Positions 25,216-37,765 of a stretch of 64,000 nt of DNA are shown one piece after another. A program made the translations under genes and the position numbers. This DNA comes from Lama glama. Lineage: Eukaryota. The DNA lies in the NCBI GenBank assembly GCA_028534125.1, contig CM052817.1:45634001-45698000 (forward strand), written 5' to 3'. The first letter of the stretch is position 1. Every line of letters starts with the position of its first letter. The notes beneath the pieces are model-generated. The model searched no databases and had not been told where the DNA came from. It worked only from the letters and a program-made list of their open reading frames with translations.

Positions 25216-25979
25216 TTTTACTTAATATTACAGATTGAAAAATATGTAGATGTTACCTTAGTCGTTAACTTATGATCAACATTTTAATTAATGTCACTCT
25301 TTGTCATCCTCTTAGGTAGTTTGCAGAAGTGAGTTACATTACACACACATGTATCCCTTTGTGCTCTTATAGCAAGAACATCTTACTTTATAGTTGTCAC
25401 ACTCCCAAGCTCTCTGTCCACCTCACACCTAAACTTGATGGGAGTCCATTACAAACTATCGCGCATAGAAAATCTGGCAAGTTGAGTGTTTGAGTGTTTT
25501 TCTCCCACCTCTTTCTCTAATTGCATTGTATTTGGTGTTACTGTTCATGTTTGGTGTTTTTGATTTTGGCTGTTACATTATATCTTGATTTTTACCAAAA
25601 TAATTCAAAGGCTTAAAAAGATTTATCAAAATATAAATACAATGGTAACAATAGTCACATGGATGCTGTAACTCAGAATATATGATCAGATCTTTTCAAT
25701 ATACAAAGTGAGTGTAGTGAATGTACACTGTGAATTTCCATCAACTGGGACAAGATAATCCATGGAAACAATGATTTTACACACACACACAAAGGTATTG
25801 TTGGAAAGCATAACAATAGTTATCTGAAATTTGAGTGTTACCAGACTGATAACTCAATTTTCCCTAATACTTAGTGCTTTGCACATTGAAAAACACCAAA
25901 GAGAGTCATGAAGACATAGTAGCTTTTCCATCCTTTAAAAATAAAGTATAATGATATATCTACCAGGAATACTTTCAGC

Positions 25980-26450
25980 TGTATTTAAGTAATTAACCCC
26001 AAAATAACAGTGGCTTGAATGGAGAGAGATTAATTTCTCTTTCTCAAAGAAGTCTGGGGGCAGACAGTCTAGGGTTAGTATAGTGAGTCAAATCCACGGT
26101 GTCATCAGAGCTCCAGGCTCTTTTCTCTTTCTACCATCTTAGTGCCTAGCTTCTGTTCTTACAGTTATTTCAAGGTCAAAGGTGGCTGCTGGAGCTCCAG
26201 ACATCACACTCCTACTATAGCCAGCTAAAAGAGGTAAGTAAAGATGGACACACCCATTCCCTTTCAAGGAGACATCCCAAAAGTCCTACACAAACCATCT
26301 ATTTATATTTCACAGACTGCAACTTAGTCACATGACTATCCCAGCTGCAAGGGAGGTAGGCAGGTAGTCCTCCATCTGAGCAGCACAGTTTCTATCTAAA
26401 ATGTGAGGTTCTGATCCTAGAGGAGGATGGGCATTGTATAGCATTTCCTT
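25980..26450 (-). mobile_element. MLT1J/K-like MaLR LTR
   Basis: ccccaaaataacagtggcttgaa...ggtggctgctggagctccagacatcac...agtcacatgactatcccagctgcaagggagg. Confidence 0.75.
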
Positions 26451-26776
26451 TCACAAATGACCTCAAATCAAACTAGTACATTTTCTGAGAATAAGCACAC
26501 AATGATTCTTTCCAGTGTAATACCAATAAATTTTGTGGCTAAAGGCAAAGAAGAGACCAAAAATGAAGAATCTTTAAAGGACAAAAATGAGCATTTATTG
26601 TGCAAATCACAAGGGTTTGTAAAACTAGTCACAAAGTTAATGATAAGTACTATGTTTGAAGATTATTGGTAAAATTCCTCTATGACATAGTTCTGTTGTA
26701 TACTGCTCAGTATCAGTGCAATGTAATGTGAGGGGGCAATTACTACCACAAGTGCTTAATAAGAGTAAATATTTTG

Positions 26777-26977
26777 TAGATAAACAACAAGAACCTACTG
26801 TATAACCCAGGGAACTATATTCAATTTCTTGTAATAACATATAATATAAAAGAATCTGAAAATAAAAAAAAGTGTATGTATAACTGAATCACTTTGCTGT
26901 ACACTTGAAACTAACAAGTGCTGTACACTTGTAAAATTACAAGTTGACTACACTTCAATAAAAAAATTTTTTAAAAA
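26777..26977 (+). mobile_element. Artiodactyl-type L1 3' end with TSD
   Basis: gataaacaacaagaacctactgtataacccagggaactatattcaa...cttcaataaaaaa. TSD core taaatattttg at 26766-26776 and 26978-26988. Confidence 0.88.
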
Positions 26978-27479
26978 TAAATATTTTGCTTTGCAGCTCT
27001 ATAAAACCACTGATTTCAGAGTTTTAAAAAGCTCCTGACATTTGTCACGTTAAAAATGAGGGAAAATTGCTTAACAATTTTTTGTTCTCTTTATTCTTGA
27101 AAACCCATGATGTAGGAGAGTTTTGTTCCTTTCATTAATAATAACTTTGTAAGTCATGATATATATATAGGAAAATATACCTCGAGATTCATTCTGAAGG
27201 ATGACCACCCATGTTTACAGCAGGGAAAGGAGATGCCATTGAAAGGTGCAATCACACTGTTTTCTTTACATGGAATAGTTGTCAGTGAAGTAGGCCACAG
27301 GTTTTAATTTGAGAGGTTAGAGAGAAAGCTGTAAATATAAATAGTGACTACTTGGTGAATTGTGTTCAATGTATTATGCAAAAAAAAAATTGAGCAGCAA
27401 CTAACACTTACTGACAGTAGGGAGAATACAGATAGCCTGTGGCACGTGGTGGTGGTGTGGTTGTTCAGCATGTTAACAG

Positions 27480-27657
27480 TGGTGACCTGGGATGCTGTGT
27501 ACTGACACCGTGACTTTGGCCTCGTGAGACCCCACACAGGAAATCCAGTTGAGTCTGCCTAGTCTTCCAACCTATAGAACTGTGAGGTAATACATGGGCA
27601 TTGTTTTAAGCTGTTACATTGGTGGTAGTTTTTTTGCAACAACAGAGAAAGCATACA
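27480..27657 (+). mobile_element. MLT1 MaLR LTR 3' fragment
   Basis: gtgagacccc...acctatagaactgtgaggtaata...tgttttaagctgttacattggtggtagtt. Confidence 0.75.
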
Positions 27658-27659
27658 AA

Positions 27660-29084
27660 TTAATACAGTATGTTCAGAGGGTGGGAAATAAACCCTAACA
27701 TGATTCAAGGGCCCACAGCATCAATGTAAATTTTAGTCAAATTGTCCGAAGCACTCCGCAACATTCTGCTCCAGTTAGGGGCAGATTATGTGTTGTGTAC
27801 TTCCCACCACCAGGAAAGAAGACAATGCCTGACAGGTGTCTCTGATTTCTGGGGGCAGCACACTGGGATTATTGATTAAATCCATTCCCAGTGTGACGCA
27901 TAACATCACCAGCTCTGTGTGGGTCTCAGACCAGGAAAAGGATCTACCCGCAGTGGGTCCAGGCTGAAGGATCCTTCCACATTGGGTTTGACACCTACTC
28001 CGAATATGGGTTTGCCTTTTCTGTTGGCAGGGCCTTGGCCAGCACCACTAACCAAGGGCTTAGAAAGTGATTCATAAACATGGGCTCTCACATAAAATTG
28101 CATTGGATCAAAAGACTAACATTATACCATAATAGCAAAAGATCAACACTATACAGCAAAGGGGGTGAGCAGTGGGTGTGTGACCATGGTATTTGCTGTA
28201 CCAATGCATACCCCACTGCCCACACACAGGCTGCTGGATTGACAGAGTGGAAGAACAGTCTGTTGGAGGTCCAACTGAGGTGCCATCTTGGAGAGAACAC
28301 CCTGTGCAGATGGAACACTATCCCCTAAGACGTGGTCTGTACCTCAAATCATTAGATATTTATGGTGCTGCGTCTGCAAGATGTGGAAAGCATAATCTAG
28401 GAAGCAAAAGGTGAGAGTAACAGAAACCTTGCTTATCATCAACCCCAGTGGCCCTTTTGGGATTTGTGCTTCCCTTTGCCACAAATCTGGATTCTGACAT
28501 TTTTATAGTCTTGTTTTTTAAAGGGGTCATGGTTCCACCAAGGAACACAGCAAAATCCTATAAAGGTTATTAATAGGATTAAGTTCCTGCTCAGTTACTC
28601 GAAAGATCTTGTCTAAGAGGCCAGCAGGCAAAGAAAGTACTCACCATACTGGCAGGAGTGATTGACCCTGACCATCAGTCAGAGATAGAGCAGCTGTTAC
28701 ACACTAGGGGCAGGAGAAATATACCTGACACTCGGGTGATCCGCTTGGGATGTTCTTGGTAACTGTCTTCCCAATATTGATGGTAAATATGGCAGCAAAG
28801 ACAGCCTGGGAAGGTCATGGTGATCAGTGACCCATGGCCACTCTTATTTAGAGATAAATGTCTGTGTTATTGCTGAAACCTAACCACCTAGACCAGCAGA
28901 GGTGCTAGTCATGAACAAAGAGATTCTAAAATATTTGATGGAGGACAGGCAGGATGTCTGTTATTGTCTGTTCAATGGCAGGGGTGGTAGTTTTTCTCAT
29001 GGAAAAGAAGCCAAACAGAATGCTGAAGGACCTTCTCCCAGAATTTAGTAAATGAAGCAAGTGCATCCAACAGAGGCAAGGAGT
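27660..29084 (+). mobile_element. Decayed ERVL (ERV3-16A3-like) internal region with integrase remnants
   Basis: HTQAAGLTEWKNSLLEVQLRCHLGENTL resembles ERVL integrase (HPEAAGLIERWNGLLK.QL). Many stops and frameshifts; a purine tract precedes the LTR. Confidence 0.8.
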
Positions 29085-29457
29085 TGTACACAGAGGATGC
29101 CACGGTGTGCCACCCAGATCCCCCTCCAGCTTCTTTCATTCATTCCCCCAGCTGGTGGGAGTATGTGTGGCAGATAGCTCTCAGCTAAGTTCCCTTTCTG
29201 GGACTTTCTATAGACTGGATAGACCTGCCTCACTCAAAGTTATGCAGAGGGGAGCTTGTAATTAACACCCCAATTTGAGACAACTTTGAAGGATCACTTC
29301 AGTCCCAAAGCTTCCTGTGGGATTGGCCAAGTCCTTTGTTGCAATGGTACTGCAGTTCTAATTCACCCTCCTCCCATACTCAAATCACTCCCCAATCAAC
29401 CTTCTGCACACGAATCTCTATCTTGGAGAACAATTCTTGGATTTCCAACCTGTGACA
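29085..29457 (+). mobile_element. LTR16-family ERVL 3' LTR
   Basis: tgt...tgtgccacccagatcccc...caaccttctgcacacgaatctc...aacctgtgaca. Confidence 0.75.
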
Positions 29458-31609
29458 GAAAGTTTATGCCAAACTGTATCTGATTAGAAATACATGAAAT
29501 AGTAGTTTCATCTCAGAATTTCTGGTATTGAATACCTTCGGTTTTTTAAGTTGGGGATTTTTTGTTTGCTGTTATTTAAATTGATGATGCAAAATGGTGC
29601 ACTAGTCTGATTTAGAATTTTAAAAATTACCAGCAAGGTTGAAAAATATTCTTACATGTCCATTTGTAACACGTCTGTGGCATGAATATTTTTGGATCTG
29701 GTCTTTATGTGTCATCCAAGCCAATGGCCATTTCTTCATCACCTTCCCTACTTCTTTCACATGGCACACATCACGAGATTTTGAAGTATGCTGGTCTTGT
29801 TTACCGTCAAATGAGACACTATTCTGTCCTTCAATGTCCCAAATTCCTAGAAGGGCCAATTAATGAAACTGGGTTGGGAATACACTCAATATAAATAGGT
29901 TTTTTATTAAAAGACTGTAAACATACTTTATGGCTTCTCTTTGTTTGTTTAAGCTTTTCAAGCTTGTGACTTCAACTTTGCCAAGGCTAGGCTATTTTCT
30001 CTGGATGTAGGGCTATATATTTCAGGACTAAATGTGCAGACCTAGCACTCAGCATCCACGGCTCAGACTGACAGAAACTTCAGCTTTTATCTAACTTCAT
30101 TAGGAAAGATTAAACCATCTGAGGATATTTGAAAGCCTTTTCAAAAGTCAGAAATACTTTAATAACCCTACAAACTGCAACTGACATTTAAAAATTTGAT
30201 TATGCAAAGAACTTTGTCTCTGGGACATGGGATTACCTACTGCCAAAAATAACTCAATTGAGACTGGGATCTTTTTCCTAGCTCGGAGAGAAGTGATGTT
30301 AGGAGGATTAGTTAACAGACCTGAATCCCTGTCTTGAGCAGAGACATCATGTGTGATTAATGACATATTTGGAAACAGACACCATGTGATTTATGATGGC
30401 TTAACTTGAGAAGTTCAAATCTTTATAGGCTTATCATAAATAGGACTTAATCATAATGAACAAACTTTGTGTTTATGAGTACCTAACTGCTGAAACTGAT
30501 GTGCTTTTAGAATAAACTTGGGTCAGTGCAAATAATTAGTGACGATGCAATGTGATGTGTTGATTTGAAAGGTGAAAAAACTTTTTGTTATGTGAACTCA
30601 TGATTGATTGAAGAGCTTGCTCTGCACTAAGGTATACAACCTTAGCTTATGAAGAAGGCATTGATTGTCACTTTTTAAAACTCTTATGAACAGAGCTTGG
30701 AAAACCACCAAGAAAAGGTGGTAAGTGGAGTAAGGATGATTTCGTTGTTCAGGGAGATATCTGGGTGGCAAATTTCAGATTTCAAGGGAAGCTGAATGGG
30801 TTGTCATAAAGACATGGAAGGCTTCTCTGGAGAAGTGAGCTGAAGTCTTCAAAGATGAAGGCTACTATTCACAATAGGTGCTACATGCTTTTGAAAAGGG
30901 AGCAGGTGATTACTGTAAGAGAAGTCACCTTTGAAACTCTTCCTTTAGAACTGACCATTCACTCATTCACTCCTCAGTGGAAAATTTTTCCCCAAGTGAA
31001 CCAAGTATTGAACATTTCCATAGTCCCTGGAGCAATGAAGGCTGCTGATTCTGATTACTTAGAAACCTAGGAAAAGGCAGCATCTTCAGTCCAGTTTTTA
31101 GGAAACAAACAGCCTCTGCCCACCCACTCTGAGATGTTTTGAAATGTAGATATATATCATGTGTTTGTTTTTACATATTAAATACATGTTTATCAAAGTG
31201 TGTATCCGAAGCGAGGGCTTTTTTGGTTATGATCATTTGATATTTTAATTATATGGGATGGATTTTATGGAATGAAACTACAATTCAAGAGTCAAATATG
31301 GGACTCTTTGAACTGTCATCCAGAGACTTTATTGAAAATCACATGTCAACAGTACCTGCATTTCTAATTCCATTTTGTTGTTCCTTCTGAGGCTCAGAGA
31401 AAGGAAAAGAAGCGATGAAGGTTATCAGTCATTGAGCAATGCTCAACATGCCTAAGGGATCTTACTTAGTTTTTATCAGCACCATTGCCAAGTAAATATT
31501 ATCATCTACCTTCTTTTCAGGTGAGGAATCTGAGGCTCAGGGAGATTAAGTAGCATTCCTAAGGTCATCGAAGTTAGTAGTTGGCAGGACTGAGATGTAA
31601 CTGCAAGTC

Positions 31610-31643
31610 TGTCTTTCTTTCTTTTTTTTCTTTCTTTCTTTCC

Positions 31644-31692
<49 letters not shown>
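31610..31692. repeat. (TTTC)n microsatellite forming the tail of the adjacent L1
   Basis: Direct reading. Confidence 0.95.
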
Positions 31693-31693
<1 letters not shown>

Positions 31694-32146
31694 AATTGAA
31701 GTACAGTCAGTTTGCAATGTCGTGTTAATTTCTGGTGTGCTACAACATAGTGATTTAGTTATATGTATATATTCCTTTTCACATTCTTTTTCATTATAGG
31801 CTATTACAAGGTATTGTATATAGTTCTCAGTGCTATACCTTGTTGTTTATCTATTTTATGTATAGTAGTTTGTATCTGCAAATCACGAAATCCCACTTTA
31901 TTCCTCCACCATCCACCCCTTTTCCTCTCCCCTGGTAATGATAAGTTTGTTTTCTATGCCTGTGAGTCTGCTTCTGTTTTGTAAATAAGTTCCTTTGTGT
32001 CATTTTTAAACATTCCATGTATAAGTGATATCATATGGTATTTTTCTTTCTATTTCTGGCTTACTTCACTTAGTATGACAATATCCAGGTCCATCCATGT
32101 TGCTGCAAATGGCATTACTTCATTTTTTTTTTTTTATGGCTGACTG
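31693..32146 (-). mobile_element. Artiodactyl/camelid L1 3' end, followed by (TA)n at ~32150-32173
   Basis: aattgaagtacagtcagtttgcaatg...tgagtctgcttctgttttgtaaataagttc...gctgcaaatggcatt. Confidence 0.9.
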
Positions 32147-32149
32147 GTG

Positions 32150-32182
<33 letters not shown>

Positions 32183-32289
32183 GAAAGTAACCCTTGTGAC
32201 TTTTTGTTTCTTTTTAATCCCAGAATATGCCTAGCTCAGTGCTAGGCACAGAGTAGGAGACCAACAGGGTTAGGTGAGGAGATGGATAA

Positions 32290-32520
32290 AGCATGGCATT
32301 TGGAACTGTGGCACCCGGGCTCCAAAGCCAACTCCCAAGCTTAGTTCCTGGATTTACCGCTAACAAATGGGGACCTTTGGGCAAGTCTGCTTCTTCCTAT
32401 GGCAAAATGGGGATAATAACACCTATCTTTTAGAGTGGTTGTAAGGATTAATTGAGTTGATGCTACTAAATTACTTAAAATCATGTCTGGTACATAATCA
32501 ATTCTCAGTGAATATTAATT
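32290..32520 (+). mobile_element. MIR SINE (a second MIR in minus orientation lies at ~32650-32870)
   Basis: aaaatggggataataacacctatct...gttgtaaggattaa. Confidence 0.75.
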
Positions 32521-33654
32521 TTTATTATGATTGATCGGATAAATTCTACCAGATTGTCACTGTGTAGACTTGGGTAAGCTTCAGTTTCCTTATCTGTAAA
32601 ATATGAAAAAATAACTTACCTTGCATGGCTGTTTTATTTAGCAGACATACACTTAGCAATTTGTCTGCACTTTGAAGGTCTTAATTCATTTACCTTTCAT
32701 AGCAGCCTAATGAGGCAGGTCCCCTTCTGACCCCCATTTTACAGATGAAAAAGCTGAGGAACTGAGAGGGGAAATATTTTTTCAGGGTGATACAACTGGT
32801 AATTAGATGAGTCAAGATTCAAACCCAATCACTCTAGCCCAGAGTCTGAGTTTGTCATGACTCCTGCATGCTACAGATGTGGTGAAATAATATTTGTAAC
32901 GTGTCTGTCCAGTTGTGGGTAAGTGGTAGAAGCTTACTAGATGTCAGCTCCTCTCCCATCTTCTCGATAAATACCTTTTGAATTCTCGTGGAATGCAAAG
33001 TGATAGGAATTTATTATCCGGCTTACTTGCTTTCCTAAAATGTCCAAGTTTGTATGATAGCAGCATCCCTGAGCTCGTTGAGGGTACTCAGAATTTTGTG
33101 ACCATCCCACTCTCTGATTGGGCCCATCTTTTCTGTTGGCACATTGGAGTTCTGGGAAGCAAGACATCAATATGCACTCACGCGTGTGCAGTGATATCCT
33201 GGAGAGCAGCTGTCACTGATGACAGTTTGGAGCAGAACAGCTGGAGGGCAGAGCTGATGTTTCTAATGACTGAGAACAAGTAATGGAGATAAGGCAGCCA
33301 AAGGGATGGTGTCTGACAGCAGCGCCGACACCCCACGCTGCTGTTCAGAGTTCCACAATAAGTAAGAGTTTCAGGTGGGACAATTCCGGGCCGTGCAGGA
33401 CCTTCTGGAGAAGGCCAACCTGGGTTATTTCACATATTGTAGGATCTGTGGCATTCTTGACTCCCAGATGCTAAATGCCAGTAACTCCACTGTCATAGCA
33501 ACAACTACCAATCAAAACCAATCTATGCTGTCGCACACTGCTGCCCTGGGGTTAGGAGATGGTGTACCACTTCTGTTGGGAACTTCTGGTCAGGCCCTGG
33601 GGGTTCACCTGGGATTCTGAGTAGAAGGCTTCGTTTTATATTGCCTGGCGCTTA

Positions 33655-33810
33655 TAATCAGCGGGAAGCCTGGAACCCTTAGCATCAGTACCACCTGGGA
33701 GCTTATTACAAACGCAGACTCAGGCCCCACCCCAAACTATGGCTCAGAATCTGTATTTTAACAAGACCCCCTGTGATTTGCAGGCACATTCAAGTCTGAG
33801 AAGCACTGTC
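33655..33810. mobile_element. MER5A-like MITE
   Basis: agcatcagtaccacctgggagcttattacaaacgcagactcaggccccacccc...tctgagaagcactg. Confidence 0.85.
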
Positions 33811-36800
33811 ATACTAAGTAGAAGGTGGGCTTTGGTGTAAGAATTTCCGGGTTTGAAGTTGAGACCCCACCTCTTTCTAGTTCTGTGACCATGGGATGGT
33901 CACTTAACCATTCTGAATCTCAGTTCCCTGGTCTCTGAACGGATCTTCATACCTTCCTTAAGGTGCAGGCACATGACAGGAATTCAACACACGTCCTCTC
34001 CCTTCTCTCCGTCTCCCTTCCTTCTAAGGGCACAGTCAGGAAAGGCCATTTGCCTCTTTCGTGATCATTAGGAAACTGTGGTATGGTGAGGAAAGGATGC
34101 TTTTCTCTTCCTCGCCCTCCCTCTCCTGTCTCCTCTTTCCTCTCTCCTCACTCTTCTGCTTTCTTTCCACAGTTAGAGACACAATACTTATCAGGTTCCA
34201 GCTGGGGCACCACTAGGACCCAGCAAGCTCTGAAAGAGAGGGTTGATCTGAGTGTGACCAGGATCAGGGGAAGCCAAGACTCCTGGTTCTAATGGATCAA
34301 TTAGGAGGAAGAAAGAACATTTCCAAGATAAAATTGGACTTATGGCAAAGGATGGGTCTGTCGAGAAGGAACCCAGGGAGTTGATTAGGCAGACAGCGGG
34401 AGAATGCGGATCAGAGAGAGATCTGGGAGTGAGGAGGATGGAAATAAATGTGTCAGGGCACTTTTCATCCTTTCACTACATCCCCTTCTGTGCTCCCGCT
34501 GTCCCATGCACATTCCTCTACCTGGGTACCCACGGCTCTGAACGGAATCACAGATTTCACTCTTTGATTAGATTGGAAGCATTCTGAGGATTGACTATCA
34601 TCTTAAGAACCATGTCTTATTTCATTTGTTTCTACATCTAGAATGTGTAAGTGAATACTGTTTGATGAGTGATGAATGAATGAATGAAATTTTTGCTTCC
34701 AGTGCTGTAATCCTGTCACAGTCTATTCCTTAGAGGAATTCCAGGGCCTTTAACAGAGCAAACATGAGGCTCTCAAGCCAGTGCATAACTGTCGGTCTCC
34801 AACCCCATATGCCTCCATGTGGCAGCCTGGGTTTCGCACTGCCCGTCTCTTCTCACAGCTGGTGTCCTAAGTGTGGAGAAGGACCAAGGGGAAAGGACGG
34901 AAAGTTGGCAGACTCTCTAGTCTTCCAGTTCTCTTTTGCTCGCTATTTTGACTGTGGTCAGATTGAGAGCCTATTACCTTGCAGGGAACCAGCTGCCTCG
35001 GTTTCTAGGAGCTCAGAGAGGCTAGGAAAGAATATTTGTGCCTTTCTTTACTGAAGAGCTACCTGTCAGCCCCCAAGGATGACTCAGGAGGTTAGTCCCC
35101 TAGCTCAGGGTTGTACCTGAACTCTGATGGGGGCATTAAAACTGACCTATGGGAGATAGACAGAAAATCCACCCTCTCCACTCTGGAGGAGAAGAGGCCA
35201 ACAGCCAGGTGATGCTGAGAACCCTTGGAAGGTGACAGACAGAGGCCTCAAGGCTGTGCCCCCACAAGCAGGGCTTCTCGGTGAGCGTGGCTGCTTTCCA
35301 GAAATGGATGTTCAGAGGAGAGAACACAACCCCTGAAACCTGAGATTAATCATCACTGGAAATTATTCACTCTATATTTCGTTTTATCTCATATCGGCTC
35401 CAGAACTTGTTTTCAAGGGTCAGCAAAACCATGTGCAGCCTGGAGAGAGGGTGGGGTTGGTGGGATGCAGAGGGAGGTATGAGCCTTGGAACTTCCATGT
35501 TGAAAGTGAATAAATTAAAGGAAACATTGCTCTTACTCTCCCCTGCCCTTCCCAGCAGGTCTTCTATCCAGCTTTCGGAAGCCTGCATCCTTCTCCTCAG
35601 AAGACCCCAGCAGAGGCGGGGAGCTGGGAAGGGTTGGTGGGTGGATGGCGAGGGTGACCACAGCTCTGCCTGCAGCAAGAGAAGTGCTGAGGAGGGTTTT
35701 GAACCCCTTCTCTATTTCCTTCCCCCACCTTTTTTGTTCTATTTGGCAGGGGTGGGGTGGGTGGATGAGGCAGGCTGGAGGGATGGGGGAGGGGAGAGGG
35801 AAGAGCACTGAAAGCAGGGAGGGGAAAGAATTTGGCACATCACATGCAATGTGAGCTGCTCTCTCTCTCGTTCATTTAAAATTTAGGTCAAAGTGAAAAA
35901 AATTTAGGTCAAAATAGAAATATACATATTTTGTGGTTTCATAAAACTTCATTTACTGTATCTTTAAAGACAGTAGAAGTAACAACAATATACGTAAAAG
36001 TAGTGATTTAGTGACTAGAAGCAAGACAAAGCGAGAGAATTGTAGAACCAGTGTCCAGCTCAGCAACCCCCTTTCTTTCCTCCAGTCCCCAAGCTGTACT
36101 CACATTCTGGCAGAACATATGCGTCACCCTGCCACGTGAAGAAACACGAGCAGGGGAGGTGTTGGCGGAGAACAAAATGGGCCTGCAAATGGCGAAGGGG
36201 CTAAGAAAGCTGCAGTGACCACTGTGTCACGTGACCCACTGCAGACAAGAAGCTTCTCCTAACTATGCACATTCTCTTTCTTGCTTTGACAGGTATATAG
36301 GTGCATATGTTAACCAGTCCCTTCTCTCTCCTTTCTCACCGCTCCCTTCCAATGCAAAGTGGTTAACCCTGTAATGTGGCATGTAAGTCGCAGGGTAGCA
36401 GAGGAATGTTGCATCTGAAGTAGGAGTGGGTGTTCCTGGAGATTAAGTGACACATGGGATGCTGTCTTTCTTTTCAGGGGCAGGTGAGATCACCCTCAGT
36501 TGTATAACAGCCAGTTATGTCACGTTAGGAATGAAGCGGTGCTCTTTTTTTTTGAAGTTCTACTCTGGGGTAAGAAGAAAGGACTGGACTCACCTGTTGA
36601 TGCTCAGCTCAGCATTGTTACCGCCCTAAGACCTCCTCTGTGATACAGAGGAGAAGGCAGGAACCACTTGCAATCCTGTTTCCTGTAAGGCTCTGGCTAG
36701 AGCTTGTCCACAAGTGGTTTGTGGAAAAGGCAAAGTCATTCTCCAGAAACCTTTGCCGTCAGGTGTGCAGGCAGCTGCGGCTTCCCCGTGAGCTCCTGAG

Positions 36801-37534
36801 AACCACCTGCCTCACTGCTGCAGCCTGAGATGTCAGCTTCTCAGAGACCCAAGAATGCCAGCAGTTACCTGCCATGGCCTCCCTAACCTTTCTTCTTTCT
36901 GCTCTTGCAAAGTTTTTGTAAGACTCTCATGTCTATATGAGATCCTTAACTTTGAACTAAGATTTTAATATACATTTCAGAAATATAAGAAGTGTTTCTG
37001 GCTTTGGTTTTTCCCTGATGAACCTTCGTTCCAGGGCTGAATGTCCCGGCACGGGGGCTGGGGGTTGGCATTTGTCTCTCACACCTGCCGACAGCACCAG
37101 GCTTCTGACGGGCTGGGACTTTTCAACACTCTGCACAGCACTGTTTGTGGCAGCGAATTCCGTCCAAGTGCCAAGGGAGATATGGCCAGTGGGAGAACAA
37201 GACAGTGGTCTGGACTGTGTCACCACAGCTGCTGTGTCGGTCTGGTGACAGGGGAGGGTCAGCCTGGAGTCCCCTGCTGTTGATTGTAGTGGCTGTCATG
37301 TGGGGGACCCCGGCTGGCAGTGCCAAATCTGCTTACAGGCAGCTCCGAGTCTGGACAGCTGGAAGCCCTGAGTGAGCCCCTCTGGCTGCTCGAGGAACTT
37401 CTCTTCAGGTAGGGATCCTGCTTCTGTGCTGGGTGCCCAGGTTGTCCCACACTGGGTTCAGACCTGGGTGGGCCTGTCTGCTGGCTGGCCGAATGTGTGA
37501 ATGTGTGTGCCAGGAACCTCTGGCACAGAGTGAG

Positions 37535-37765
37535 GGCTCCCTGGAAGTGGTCAAGAGCATGGACTCTGGGGATCAGCTGTTGACATGTGACTCCTGCCTC
37601 ACTGCTTACCAGCTGCACGACATTGGGCAAGTTTCTCAGCCTTTTGGCCCTTAGTTTGCTCATCTGTACCATGAAGATATCAGCAATACCGCCCTCACAG
37701 CGATGTTAATTTACGTTAAATGTTTAGAACAGTGTCTTTCTCGTAGTAAGTGCTATGTGAGAATG
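37535..37765 (+). mobile_element. MIR SINE
   Basis: gtggtcaagagcatggactctgg...ttgggcaagtt...agtttgctcatctgta. Confidence 0.85.

Noticed and set aside
28080..28414. Integrase-like ORF as a domesticated retroviral gene
   Set aside because: Short and surrounded by stops and frameshifts within a decayed ERVL.
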